Below are positions 19,109 to 28,906 of a stretch of DNA of 64,000 nt, one piece after another. Under the pieces are notes generated by a model. It did not search any database. It saw only the letters and a program-made list of their open reading frames with translations, and was not told where the DNA came from. This DNA is from Desulfobacterales bacterium. GTDB lineage: Bacteria > Desulfobacterota > Desulfobacteria > Desulfobacterales > UBA5616. The stretch lies in NCBI GenBank assembly GCA_046483495.1, contig JAWODC010000044.1, forward strand, positions 166,247 through 230,246. The letters run 5' to 3'. Position numbers and translations under genes: made by a program. The stretch's first letter is position 1; each line of letters begins with the position of its first letter.

Positions 19109-20668
19109 TTAAAAGGTGTACTTCAGGTCCACACCGATAAAGTCGCGGTCTGCCAGACCGTACCGGTTGTTATTGAAATACGCCACATACTTGAGATTGG
19201 CCTTGTAGACGTTCTTCCAGGTGAAGTTGACCCCGATGGACCCGCTGTCCTGACCCTCTTGAAACGTGTTGTTCGGGGATGAGCCGTTGGGAAAATACTT
19301 AAAATTGATGGGGAATTCCACGTCGAGATTGGGAATCAATTGGTAGTACTTCGGGGTGACGGCCAGCGCCAATCCCCAGGAAAAGTCACTGGGTTCCATG
19401 TCATCGTTGTCCAGCCCCTGGACCTTGTTCATCCCCACCTCGCCGGCGATGGTCACGTCATCGAAAACGGGATTCTGGCCTAAAAGGTAGAGCCAGGACA
19501 ACTGGGCCTGGACCATGTTGCCGGGTTCGTACACAAACGAGGTGATGTTGATCGGATAGTCCTTGCGATAGGTGATTTCACCGCTGACCTGAACCTGCCC
19601 GACCAGCGAGCTGAAGCTGGCGCCGTAAAGTTTGATGTCTTCTCCATAACCCAGATAGTATCTAAAGGTAAAAGGATCTAAGAGCACCATCGGAGCCTTT
19701 TCGTGGTAATTGATATAATAGAAGCCGAATTCGGTCTCGAGCAGCTGATGGGAACGGTACATCAACATAAAGCCGTATTGGCCGCCTTCACTCGGATCGT
19801 CATCGTTTCCTCGACGGATTAAAATAGGTGCTCCTGTTTCCGGGTTCACACCGGCAATAATAGCGTAACCGGCCTGATCCAGCATATCGGTAGTGCTGAA
19901 GTAGCTTCCGGATTCATTCAGAATGTGCTCCTCCCATTCCCATTGGTAAAAGGCCGCCATGGAAAGGTTGCTCAAAAGGTCCATGCGCATGGATACCGAC
20001 TCCGACGGCAGGTAGATCTCCCGCAGCTCCACTCCGGGGACATTGGCCGCCGTGAGGTCCGCATGGCTCATGGCCGATGCGACACCGCCGGACAGATAGA
20101 GCTGCTCGCCCCATGCGATCACCTGCTGGCCCACCCGCAGATCCACGAGACGGCTGAGCAACTCGAAGTTGGCATAGGCGAAATAATCCAGGATGTCTAC
20201 GTCGTATCCCATCACCTCCTCGAGTTCGTCGTCGAACTCGTCCGGTTCGTCTATGGCGCCCGCCAGAAAGTTATTGTTGAATGGGTGTTTGGCCAGACCA
20301 GGATTGGAGTTTTCGTTCATGTAGACAAAATCGTAGAACGCCCGGGGCCGAAGAAAGACACCGACATTCTTGTGCTGAATGTCGATGTCGGCGATGGCGC
20401 TGAACCGGTTGTTGATCATGTCCCACTGGTCGAAGTTCCATCCGCCGTCATCGCTGTTTATACCCCCGGGAAGTTTCATCGCCACATTGTCCAGATCGCG
20501 GTCCTCCACCCGCCATCCGCCGGCCCAGGACAGGGTCACGTCGAAATCGACGATGGTGTCCCTGCTTAGACCGAACCGCATGGCGTCCGCCGACCCACAC
20601 ACCAGGAAAACACCGAAAACCAAAACAACAAAACCTAACATGTTTCTTCGATTCTTTTTGTACCTCAT
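19109..20668 (-). CDS. DUF1302 outer-membrane beta-barrel protein
   Basis: NSDDGGWNF, RVGQQVIAWGE, YQWEW, C-terminal DRDFIGVDLKYTF ending in Phe. AGGAG RBS before ATG 20668. Confidence 0.9.
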   Translation of the reverse strand: MRYKKNRRNMLGFVVLVFGVFLVCGSADAMRFGLSRDTIVDFDVTLSWAGGWRVEDRDLDNVAMKLPGGINSDDGGWNFDQWDMINNRFSAIADIDIQHKNVGVFLRPRAFYDFVYMNENSNPGLAKHPFNNNFLAGAIDEPDEFDDELEEVMGYDVDILDYFAYANFELLSRLVDLRVGQQVIAWGEQLYLSGGVASAMSHADLTAANVPGVELREIYLPSESVSMRMDLLSNLSMAAFYQWEWEEHILNESGSYFSTTDMLDQAGYAIIAGVNPETGAPILIRRGNDDDPSEGGQYGFMLMYRSHQLLETEFGFYYINYHEKAPMVLLDPFTFRYYLGYGEDIKLYGASFSSLVGQVQVSGEITYRKDYPINITSFVYEPGNMVQAQLSWLYLLGQNPVFDDVTIAGEVGMNKVQGLDNDDMEPSDFSWGLALAVTPKYYQLIPNLDVEFPINFKYFPNGSSPNNTFQEGQDSGSIGVNFTWKNVYKANLKYVAYFNNNRYGLADRDFIGVDLKYTF

Positions 20669-21388
20669 TTTTTTCTCCTCTTTTTTGGGTTTGGTTTTAT
20701 GTCTTCTCCGCATTAGAGATGCAAGGGAATTGAAACAACACCTAAGTCAAAAAAAATGAGCAAAAAAACAAATGCTTGCAAAAAAAGATACCACCATCAC
20801 CCTCCCTGCCACCATGGCACCGGCTCGTTTGGTGCGATGTTTAAGGCAAGCCCATCCGAGTACCCGTTCGATGACACATATGTGTTTGAAAAAAGGCAAA
20901 ATACGAAAGATCGATGGAAAGCGGCAGGTGAATGGGGGAAGCCGATAACAGTCGCTTGAAGCATTGACACACCGTTGATTGTTTTTATTTCAACTTTCGG
21001 AATAAAAAAATTCGGTTGGGTCATTCGATATAAAAGCCGAAAGTTTACATGGTATCGCAAGGCATACCGGAATATATCCGACAACATTGAAATGAAAGCG
21101 ATAATTGCCATTTGCATCTATGGGTTGATTCTTAGTATGTTGATTTTGTTTAGTCAATATTAAATTATGAATCAGATACAAAAAAATAAACTATTCATTT
21201 ATATTTAGAACTTATTTGATAAAATAAACTGATATATATCCATTGTGGATGCATCAGCACAGAAAATCTTTAATTTCGATGTGAAATACGAGATGGTCGT
21301 TCGCCGGTTTGGGATGATCCAAACCGCCCTGTCATGACCCCCGAATATTGAAATGAAAGCCGAGCCGAATGTGTCGGATAAGGATCGA

Positions 21389-22402
21389 TTATTGAACCGA
21401 TCGAAGAAACGTGCGCAGGTTGACTTTTTTGTGGGTGATGCCGAGCTTTGCCCTGATGTTGCGGCGATGAAATTCGATCGTGCGCAACGAAAGATTCAGG
21501 ATATCGGCGATTTCTTTGTTGACCTTTCCCTGGGTGATCAGGTCGGCCACCTGGATTTCCATCGGCGACAGGCTCAAGTGGTAAGTGGATAATTTTTGCA
21601 TCAGCGGGGACATAATGTGTTCGATGTTATTCTCAAGGATATCCAGATAGGCCTTCTGCCGTTTTTTCGGGGATATTTTTCTCAGCTTTTCCAGTGTCGG
21701 CAGAACCAGGTTTCTCAAATTCAGTGCAACCTTTTCTTCGAGTTCGGCCTTGTCCGCATCCCGCTTTTCCAGCAGCACCTTGAGCGCGATATTGGCTTCA
21801 TGCAAATGGGCGGTGCGCTGTTCGACGGTTTCCTCCAATTCCTGGTAGGCTTTCCGGAGCTTTTCCTCGGCCGCTTTGCGGTCCGTAATTTCCCGGCTGA
21901 CTCCCAGGATCAAAGAAGGTTCATCTTTCTCATTGAAAAGAAAACGTGCCTTCAATTCCACCCAAACGGTTCTGCCGCTTTCGTGCCGCTGGCCGACCTC
22001 GAGCTTGAACGGAGAATCCTGGGGCCTGTCGCAATTTTTCAACAGCGATAAAATATCGGCCATAAACCGCCTGAATTTGGTTCTTTCCTCGACAATAATG
22101 ATATCCTCCCACTCCAGGTCCATGGCCCTTTCAGGACAATACCCGAGCAGATGTCGAATGGAGGGGCTGATAAAGGTGAATTTTTCAGCGTTGAAGTCAA
22201 ACATCCAGATAACATCGGAGACATTATCGGCAAATAATTTGTACTTTTTTTCCACTTCATCGAGCTGCCGTTTCAGTTTCCGGTTTTCACAAATCAACTG
22301 TCGCCCGGTCTTCTCGTAATCCTTCATATCGTCTGGTCCATTCCCGATCATTCTTGCACAATTGCCGCGTTCCTTTTTTATCATGTTTGTAAAATAATTC
22401 AA
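21389..22402 (-). CDS. PAS-domain LuxR-family transcriptional regulator
   Basis: PAS/PAC (DVIW..WVE..GVSREITDRK), coiled coil, LuxR HTH (LSPMEIQVADLI..NKEIA..TIEFHRRNIRAKLG). Start uncertain. Confidence 0.9.
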   Translation of the reverse strand: MNYFTNMIKKERGNCARMIGNGPDDMKDYEKTGRQLICENRKLKRQLDEVEKKYKLFADNVSDVIWMFDFNAEKFTFISPSIRHLLGYCPERAMDLEWEDIIIVEERTKFRRFMADILSLLKNCDRPQDSPFKLEVGQRHESGRTVWVELKARFLFNEKDEPSLILGVSREITDRKAAEEKLRKAYQELEETVEQRTAHLHEANIALKVLLEKRDADKAELEEKVALNLRNLVLPTLEKLRKISPKKRQKAYLDILENNIEHIMSPLMQKLSTYHLSLSPMEIQVADLITQGKVNKEIADILNLSLRTIEFHRRNIRAKLGITHKKVNLRTFLRSVQ

Positions 22403-22631
22403 CTCTTCCTTACAGCTCGAATGATTGAACTTTCCTTGCCGCTCTCCGGTCCGGGCGCAGGCCTTTCAAACTCATTTTTCGCTACGGGGTTTTACTGCCA
22501 ATTCCCCAAGTTTTTACCGGCGTTGACCGGCTCTAACCAGCATTCTATAAGAAAATATCATTTAGTTTCTTCAACCCCGGCAATTCAGTTTGGGTCCATC
22601 CGGAAATCGAAACATGGAAAGGAGTTTACAG

Positions 22632-23858
22632 ATGGGAGTAAAAAGAAGAAGGCTGAACAGCTTCAGGTGTTCGGTCGGTTTAATCGCTTTGATCCTTGTG
22701 TTTTCCGTCCCCGCACTCGCGGAGGAACCCAAGGCCGGCGACGTGGTCGATTCGAGCAATATCGAACAGTATTCAGACTACCTGCCGTCCTTTTTGGCCC
22801 GTTTCGTCAAGGATGGATGGGGCTTTGAAAAACCCGTCGTCATTCACGTCACCAACCCCAAACCCTGGCCCATAACCAAGCGGTTTGCAGAAGCGACGAA
22901 AAACAACATCGGGAAGGTCACGCTCACATCCGACGGGCTGCTGGAGGACTACGAAGAAATCGGGCTTCCGTTTCCGAATCCTCAAGAGCCGGATCTCGCT
23001 TTGAAAATCATGTGGAACCGGTATTACAAGGATTTGCCCGACGACTGGAGCCTGCCCGTATCGTTCAAGTCATACACAAGGCGCAAGGGCGGCGCCGTTA
23101 ATTATTCCGACAGCATTTACGATGCACTGCAGTTCTCCGGGCGAACCTATGTAGAACCCTATCCGGTGCTCCCGAATCCGCACGGGTTGCGCCAGGCGAC
23201 CCTGTCCAATTCCCTTACTCCGCCCAACAAAGACATGGCGACATTGACCTGGCGGTATGTAGAGCCGCTCAAAATGGATGACATGTGGACTTATGTGCCG
23301 ACATTGAGAAGGACGCTTCGTATGGTTTCATCGGAAAGGGCCAATCCGATTCGGGGCCTCCCATTGACATGGGACGAACTTTTCGGGTTTGACGGCAAGG
23401 TGCCGCAATTTACCTATAAATTGTTGCGAGAGCAGAAAATTCTGGTGCTGGCCGACCAGAATAAGACAGGAGACGACATTCCGCCCGGATACGAAATTCA
23501 TCCGGTGCTGTTCGGAGAAGACGAACCCTACCAGGTGATGGATACGTATGTCGTTTCCATTAATTCTAAAGATCCGAGATATCCGAATTCGGACTGGCAC
23601 CTCTGGGTGTCGAAAAGGAATTACGCCGGCATTTACGCGGAAACGTACAACCGGCGCGGCGAATTCTGGAAAGGCTACTTCCAGTCCTTCCAGGTTCGTC
23701 CTCTCGGCGATACGGGGGAGCAGTTTCCGATCAGTATCTGCAGCGGCGTCTGTGATTTTATTACCCAGTACTGGTATTTTTCATGGACTGGTGAACTCAA
23801 CATGAACACGGGCCTCAATCCGATTCAGTTCGATCCGGGTTCATTGGGAGCCTATTGA
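22632..23858 (+). CDS. Divergent DUF1329-like periplasmic protein
   Basis: Signal peptide, GDVVDSSN, GLPFP, DDMWTYVPTLRR, YNRRGEFWK. AAGGAG RBS. Confidence 0.75.
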   Translation: MGVKRRRLNSFRCSVGLIALILVFSVPALAEEPKAGDVVDSSNIEQYSDYLPSFLARFVKDGWGFEKPVVIHVTNPKPWPITKRFAEATKNNIGKVTLTSDGLLEDYEEIGLPFPNPQEPDLALKIMWNRYYKDLPDDWSLPVSFKSYTRRKGGAVNYSDSIYDALQFSGRTYVEPYPVLPNPHGLRQATLSNSLTPPNKDMATLTWRYVEPLKMDDMWTYVPTLRRTLRMVSSERANPIRGLPLTWDELFGFDGKVPQFTYKLLREQKILVLADQNKTGDDIPPGYEIHPVLFGEDEPYQVMDTYVVSINSKDPRYPNSDWHLWVSKRNYAGIYAETYNRRGEFWKGYFQSFQVRPLGDTGEQFPISICSGVCDFITQYWYFSWTGELNMNTGLNPIQFDPGSLGAY

Positions 23859-23914
23859 TTTTCCCCCTGAACTTAAAGAATGTTTTTCATTTTTGGATGG
23901 ACATTGAAGACCTG

Positions 23915-23955
23915 TCTCCACCACTGCGGGGCCTAAACATCCACGGTGGTGGAGA
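23915..23955. terminator. Stem-loop between convergent genes
   Basis: gtctccaccactg...cggtggtggagac; no clear T tail. Confidence 0.45.
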
Positions 23956-23994
23956 CTACGAATATGAATAAGTGCGAATAAGAAATGCACCCCA

Positions 23995-24627
23995 TCAGGC
24001 ACGGAAAAGAAATTCCCTCAAACCGTTTCTATGGATAAACGATTTAACCGGCACAAACGGCTGCATGAGTTCGAATATATCGCGATTCTCGCGTTTGGCT
24101 GCCGGAAGCCTGATGTGACACTGCGCTCGCAGGCTGACCGTATACTCCTCTCCCAATACGAAACTGTTCACAGGACCCGGCCCGGTGTCCTGATCGGCGG
24201 CAAATAACACGACATACCCCCGGGGCTTCACCATCTCCCCGCACCGGCAAATCAGTTTTGCGGCATCCCGGTTTTGAAGACGGTCCACGATATCCCAAAG
24301 TAAAATGCCGCTGAAAACGTCATGCGGGTAATCCAGTTGATCCCAGGCCCGATTCAGCCTTTTTCCGGTCTCGAGGTCCTTGATGACGGCACGGTAAAAA
24401 TCATGAACATACAGTTTCCGAACCTTTTTGGAGATAAAATCGATATTTTCGCCGCACACCGGCCCCAGATCGAGTATGGTCGTTTTTGGCGGCGCTTCAA
24501 GCAATTCCATAAACAGTTTCAGGGCATTGCTTTTGAAAGACTCCGGCAATCGCGTATTCGGCACGCATTTTGGATCACTGTTCAGCATGAGAGAGCCAAT
24601 CCGTCCACTACTTCCGCTTATCCGCAC
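23995..24627 (-). CDS. Class I SAM-dependent methyltransferase-like protein
   Basis: ILDLGP, FSGILLWD, VKPRGYVVL. Start uncertain (possibly 24588). Confidence 0.65.
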   Translation of the reverse strand: MRISGSSGRIGSLMLNSDPKCVPNTRLPESFKSNALKLFMELLEAPPKTTILDLGPVCGENIDFISKKVRKLYVHDFYRAVIKDLETGKRLNRAWDQLDYPHDVFSGILLWDIVDRLQNRDAAKLICRCGEMVKPRGYVVLFAADQDTGPGPVNSFVLGEEYTVSLRAQCHIRLPAAKRENRDIFELMQPFVPVKSFIHRNGLREFLFRA

Positions 24628-25117
24628 CGGCCGCCAAAGAGACCGAATCCTGTTCTATTTCGCCGGATTTGGCGTCCATCGGTTTTATCAAGGACTCCAC
24701 CTTTTTGTTGGTATCCCGCGCGATATCGATAACAGCCTTGATGATGGCACCGTCTTCCACGGATATCCGCTTGGCATGGATTTCACCGGTAAAATCGGCC
24801 TCCTTGGTGATCTTCACCCGGTCCAAAGCATGAATATTCCCTTTCAAACGCCCGCCGACGGTAACATTGCCCGCCCTTATCTCTGATTCCACGCTTCCCT
24901 TGGGGCCGATGGTAAGGTGAAACTTGTCCAGATCGATACTCCCTTTTACGGTCCCTTCGACAACCAGGTCTTCATTCCCCTGAATGCCGCCTTCGATGAC
25001 AATCTGTTTGCCGATCACGGTTTTCCCGTTTTGGACAACGGGGCTAGGCACAACCGGCGGAAAGGGTTCGGGTTCTACAGTGCTGTCCATGTCCTGATGC
25101 TTGTTTTTTTTCAGCAT
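24608..25117 (-). CDS. Bactofilin (polymer-forming cytoskeletal protein)
   Basis: TVIGKQIVIEGGI..DLVVEGTVKGSI..LTIG..V..EI.A..V.V.G...GNI.A beta-helix repeats. Confidence 0.92.
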   Translation of the reverse strand: MLKKNKHQDMDSTVEPEPFPPVVPSPVVQNGKTVIGKQIVIEGGIQGNEDLVVEGTVKGSIDLDKFHLTIGPKGSVESEIRAGNVTVGGRLKGNIHALDRVKITKEADFTGEIHAKRISVEDGAIIKAVIDIARDTNKKVESLIKPMDAKSGEIEQDSVSLAAGADKRK

Positions 25118-25342
25118 GGTTTTATCCTTTCATGGGTATAAAGAAGAAAACATCCGTTGCAAACCGACAATGAATACGGCTGCTCCAGGCAGGGTTGTTA
25201 ATTTCCTGGTTAAGAAAGGGAAAGGGGATTGAGTGCCGACGCTCACGATAATCCGTCAACAGCCGGTCACGACGTCACACGTCGTGCAGCCGCAATGCTG
25301 ATTATCAAATTGCGGGCATCCTACAAAATAAATGAGATATTT

Positions 25343-28300
25343 TCAATGAATTTTATGCGGGTGTATCCCGAGCTTTCTCATTCGGCTGTACAGAGTGGTC
25401 CGCTTCATGCCCAACAGGTCGCCGGCACCTCCCTTTCCGCCGATTTTCCCATTGGTTTTTTCAAGAATATGCCGAATGTAACGCCGTTCAAGTTCTTCAA
25501 GAGAGGGGGTTTCGCCTAAAAGTCGGTCGGGTACGGCTAACCGGTATTTCGGTGCGTTGTCTTCGCTCGTCTGTGGAACCGGTTGTCCGGCTTTCAATTG
25601 GGCAAAATCCATTTTTCCGTTGGACGACAGCAGCACAGCCCTTTCCAATACATTTTTCAATTCCCTGACATTGCCCGGCCAGGGATAACGGGTGAGCGCC
25701 TCCATGTCGTCGGGTAAAATGGACAGTCCTTCCTTGCCGTACTTAACGGCATACTGAGACAAATAATGTCGGGCTATCACGACAATATCGTCAATTCTTT
25801 CCCGCAGCGGCGGAATTCGAATGGGCATCATGTTCAGGCGATAAAACAGATCCTGACGGAACCGCTCTTCGGTTACTTCTTTCTCCAGTTCACGGTTGGT
25901 GGCGGCAACCAGCCGAAAATCGGAGGTCAGGGTGCGGGTCCCTCCAACCCTGACAAACGTCTTTTCCTGCAGAAAACGCAGGAGCTTTACTTGAAAAGCC
26001 GGGGGAATTTCACCGATTTCATCCAACAAAAGGGTTCCGTTGTGCGCCAGCTCGATCCGCCCCCGTTTCTGCTGATCGGCACCGGTGAAGGCGCCTTTTT
26101 CATACCCGAACAGCTCGCTTTCAAGCAGGTTTTCCGGAATGGCGGTCAAATCAACCACCTCGAAAGGGCCGGGTTTGCGCGGACTGATTCGGTGAATCTG
26201 CCGCGCCAGCACCTCTTTGCCCACACCGGTCTCGCCCTGGATCAACACGGTCGTGTCCGTAGCCGCGACCTGCTCGACTTCGGCCAAAAGCCGTGTCATT
26301 CCCTTGCTTTTAAAAACCAGCGCCTCTCGCTGCAGCTGTTCGATCTGTACGGTTTGCGCGGATGATCGAATGCTGGTTTCCTTTTTAAGATGTTCGAATT
26401 CGACAAACTGCTCGATGTGATCGTCGAGAAAACGGGTCAACCGGGTCATTATCCGGTCATCCAATAAATGAAACCTGTTTTCAAGATAGGTGTTGTCAAA
26501 GTAATATACGTCGGCTACTCGACCGTATTTAACCACGGGAAGGCATATCATTTCACGGATATAAGGATATCGCCGGGTGTCTTCGTCACCGGGTGCGGGT
26601 TCGAACCTCCGGGCACTTTGGGTCTTTACGGCGTTTTGCATCACCTCGAGAACGGGGCTGAAATCCTCTCCCGACACGTCGAAATCCGTCATGTTGTATC
26701 CGGTCCGGAGCCGTACGTTTTCGCCGGACGGCGGGTCGACCTTGAAAACCGCCCCCCGTTCCGCCTTTAAAAGTCGGCATGCATATTTTAAAATGCGGGA
26801 CAGGATCCGGTTCGCATTATCGCCGACGGTTTCAAATTCAAATACCGTAAAACACCGGGCCACGAAACTCCTGTACTCACGGACGGTTTTTTCCGATTCA
26901 TTCCGGCGGTCCAACAATTGGGACAAATCCTCGGGGAACATAAATTCCAGGTCGTGCTGCAGGAGAGTGTCATATGCGGATTCGGCCAGAAGGCGCGCCT
27001 GGAGCATTTTGTTTTCCAGAATTTTGAGCCGAACGAGTTCGAGTTGTGTCTTGGATTTTTCAATCGGATCTCCCGACTGTTCCAGGTATTTTTTGCTTTT
27101 CTTGAGATGCGATCGTGCGAGATCGAGCGAATCATTGCGTCGAAAGGCGGATTTGGCCAGTATCCGGTATGCAGCGCCTTTGGCATGAATGTTGGGCGCC
27201 TTCTGTATCCACTCGATCTCGCTTTTTAGATTCAATCGCGGATTCACCGGCAATCCCCTTGCCTCCATTTCAAAAATCATCTCCAGTATGTGCGGAGCCG
27301 TATACAATCGTGCAAACCCGTCCGTTCCGCCGATGATGGCGGGCCGCTCCATTTGCGTTCGCGCCTCATCGATACGTCCCTCGATGAAGCGTTGAAAGAT
27401 CAGACTGCCTTCCGCAATGGTTATGGCAAACGTATTGCTTGTGCGAAGCGCTTCCTTTTTCGCCATGTCCAGCTGAAATGCCGCCTCTTTGTATTTGCCA
27501 GCCATCTGAAGAACGGCACCCAAAATGGCTCGAATGGTGGTGGCCAGTGCATTTTGGGAGCGCCTGGCGGCCACACGCATGGAACTGGCGAGACCTCCCA
27601 CGGCATCGTGGAAATGGCCGAGGTTGGCTACACACCATCCCAGCAAAAACGGCATGGGGAGTGGACCTAAGCTCATGCTTTCACCGCCCTGCATCTCGAA
27701 ATCGATATTTGCACGCTCCAGATACGGTTCCGCTTCTCTGAACATGCCCTTCAAGAAAAAATTCAATCCCAGAAATGCGGCCGACCGGTTCAAAATATCC
27801 TCATCCCCGAGCTCTTCGACCTCTGCCAATCCCTCGGAAAGCGCCTTGGAGGCGTCTTCATGCTGCCGTGCAATATGCAGAAAAATGGACAGGTTGAGGT
27901 TGATCAAGGCATGAGAGCGCCGGTCACCCAACCGGCCGGCCATGGAACGCGCCTTTTTCAAGAAACGGGGCAGTTCCATAAAACCGGTTCCTAAGGATAG
28001 GCAAAGGTCGGAAAGTTTAAGGGTGGCCGATATAAACATTCGGTCAAAGCGCGGATCTTCCGATATTTCGTAAAGTTTTTTTACCACATTCCAGAGATGA
28101 TGCATGGCCAGGTGCTGGTCCCCCGATTTCAGAGCCTTTCTGGCCTGATTGATTTCCAATTCCGCAATGTCGGTAATCCGGCCGGTTTTATTCAGCAGTC
28201 CCCTTACGACGTCCGAATCGATATGGTCGATCATATCGAGTTCGAGAAGCCGATCGACAATCTCGGATAACCGCCGGCTGTTATTAAATGCATCGATCCT

Positions 28301-28525
28301 TTTCTTGAGCGGTTTCGGCAGGTCGGGTGAAATGCTGAACAGGTTCTTGCCGATTTCCCTGATCAATGCCGGATGGCGATGATGCCCCAACAGTTCCATA
28401 AACGGCGCCGGTAATATAGGGGAAAGTTTACCCGCCGTTTCGAGAGAAACCGGTTTTTCAAGCGCATACAAAACCGATAAAAATTTCAACTGTTCATCGG
28501 AAAGGTTAAGGGATTGACTGTCCAT
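25343..28525 (-). CDS. Large sigma54-dependent activator (helical/TPR-like sensor, GAF, AAA+, HTH)
   Basis: GETGVGKE, ESELFGYEKGAFTGA, LLDEIGE, RQDLFYRL, WPGNVRELKN, C-terminal HTH. Confidence 0.93.
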   Translation of the reverse strand: MDSQSLNLSDEQLKFLSVLYALEKPVSLETAGKLSPILPAPFMELLGHHRHPALIREIGKNLFSISPDLPKPLKKRIDAFNNSRRLSEIVDRLLELDMIDHIDSDVVRGLLNKTGRITDIAELEINQARKALKSGDQHLAMHHLWNVVKKLYEISEDPRFDRMFISATLKLSDLCLSLGTGFMELPRFLKKARSMAGRLGDRRSHALINLNLSIFLHIARQHEDASKALSEGLAEVEELGDEDILNRSAAFLGLNFFLKGMFREAEPYLERANIDFEMQGGESMSLGPLPMPFLLGWCVANLGHFHDAVGGLASSMRVAARRSQNALATTIRAILGAVLQMAGKYKEAAFQLDMAKKEALRTSNTFAITIAEGSLIFQRFIEGRIDEARTQMERPAIIGGTDGFARLYTAPHILEMIFEMEARGLPVNPRLNLKSEIEWIQKAPNIHAKGAAYRILAKSAFRRNDSLDLARSHLKKSKKYLEQSGDPIEKSKTQLELVRLKILENKMLQARLLAESAYDTLLQHDLEFMFPEDLSQLLDRRNESEKTVREYRSFVARCFTVFEFETVGDNANRILSRILKYACRLLKAERGAVFKVDPPSGENVRLRTGYNMTDFDVSGEDFSPVLEVMQNAVKTQSARRFEPAPGDEDTRRYPYIREMICLPVVKYGRVADVYYFDNTYLENRFHLLDDRIMTRLTRFLDDHIEQFVEFEHLKKETSIRSSAQTVQIEQLQREALVFKSKGMTRLLAEVEQVAATDTTVLIQGETGVGKEVLARQIHRISPRKPGPFEVVDLTAIPENLLESELFGYEKGAFTGADQQKRGRIELAHNGTLLLDEIGEIPPAFQVKLLRFLQEKTFVRVGGTRTLTSDFRLVAATNRELEKEVTEERFRQDLFYRLNMMPIRIPPLRERIDDIVVIARHYLSQYAVKYGKEGLSILPDDMEALTRYPWPGNVRELKNVLERAVLLSSNGKMDFAQLKAGQPVPQTSEDNAPKYRLAVPDRLLGETPSLEELERRYIRHILEKTNGKIGGKGGAGDLLGMKRTTLYSRMRKLGIHPHKIH

Positions 28526-28602
28526 GGGGGAGTCTTCCTTTTCAATGTTTCAAAAGGTTGAAAACATCATACGACCGTTTACACCGCAAAACAAGGAAAA
28601 AG

Positions 28603-28774
28603 TTGTCATTGCGACAGTTTTGTTTAAAAAACAACTAAAAAGTGTCAATATTTAAACACCTAATGACCTGATTTTCTCCAAACCGGTATTCCATCTCAAT
28701 TTGTATGTATTTTAAAGAGGTTAGCTTCAGAATACAATTTATAAAAAAATATAAAACATGGCACATTTTATGCA
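28603..28774 (+). promoter_or_regulatory. Sigma54 -24/-12 promoter with candidate upstream activator sites
   Basis: TGGCACATTTTATGC at 28759-28773 (GG-N10-GC). TGTC-N5-GACA palindrome at about 28604 and GTGT-N10-ACAC at about 28642. AT-rich spacer. Confidence 0.75.
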
Positions 28775-28906
28775 TTTATATTTTGATAATGTATCAAGAT
28801 CATATTCTGAATGTCATACGGTTGCCATTTCAATCTGAGTCCGCTTCAAACGTCCTGATCCATTGTTCCAAGCATCTTTTAATCCGCATCAGAAAGGGGG
28901 AACACC

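Noticed and set aside
20778..20793. Sigma54 promoter for the DUF1302 operon (minus strand)
   Set aside because: GG-to-GC spacing is 11 nt rather than the required 10.
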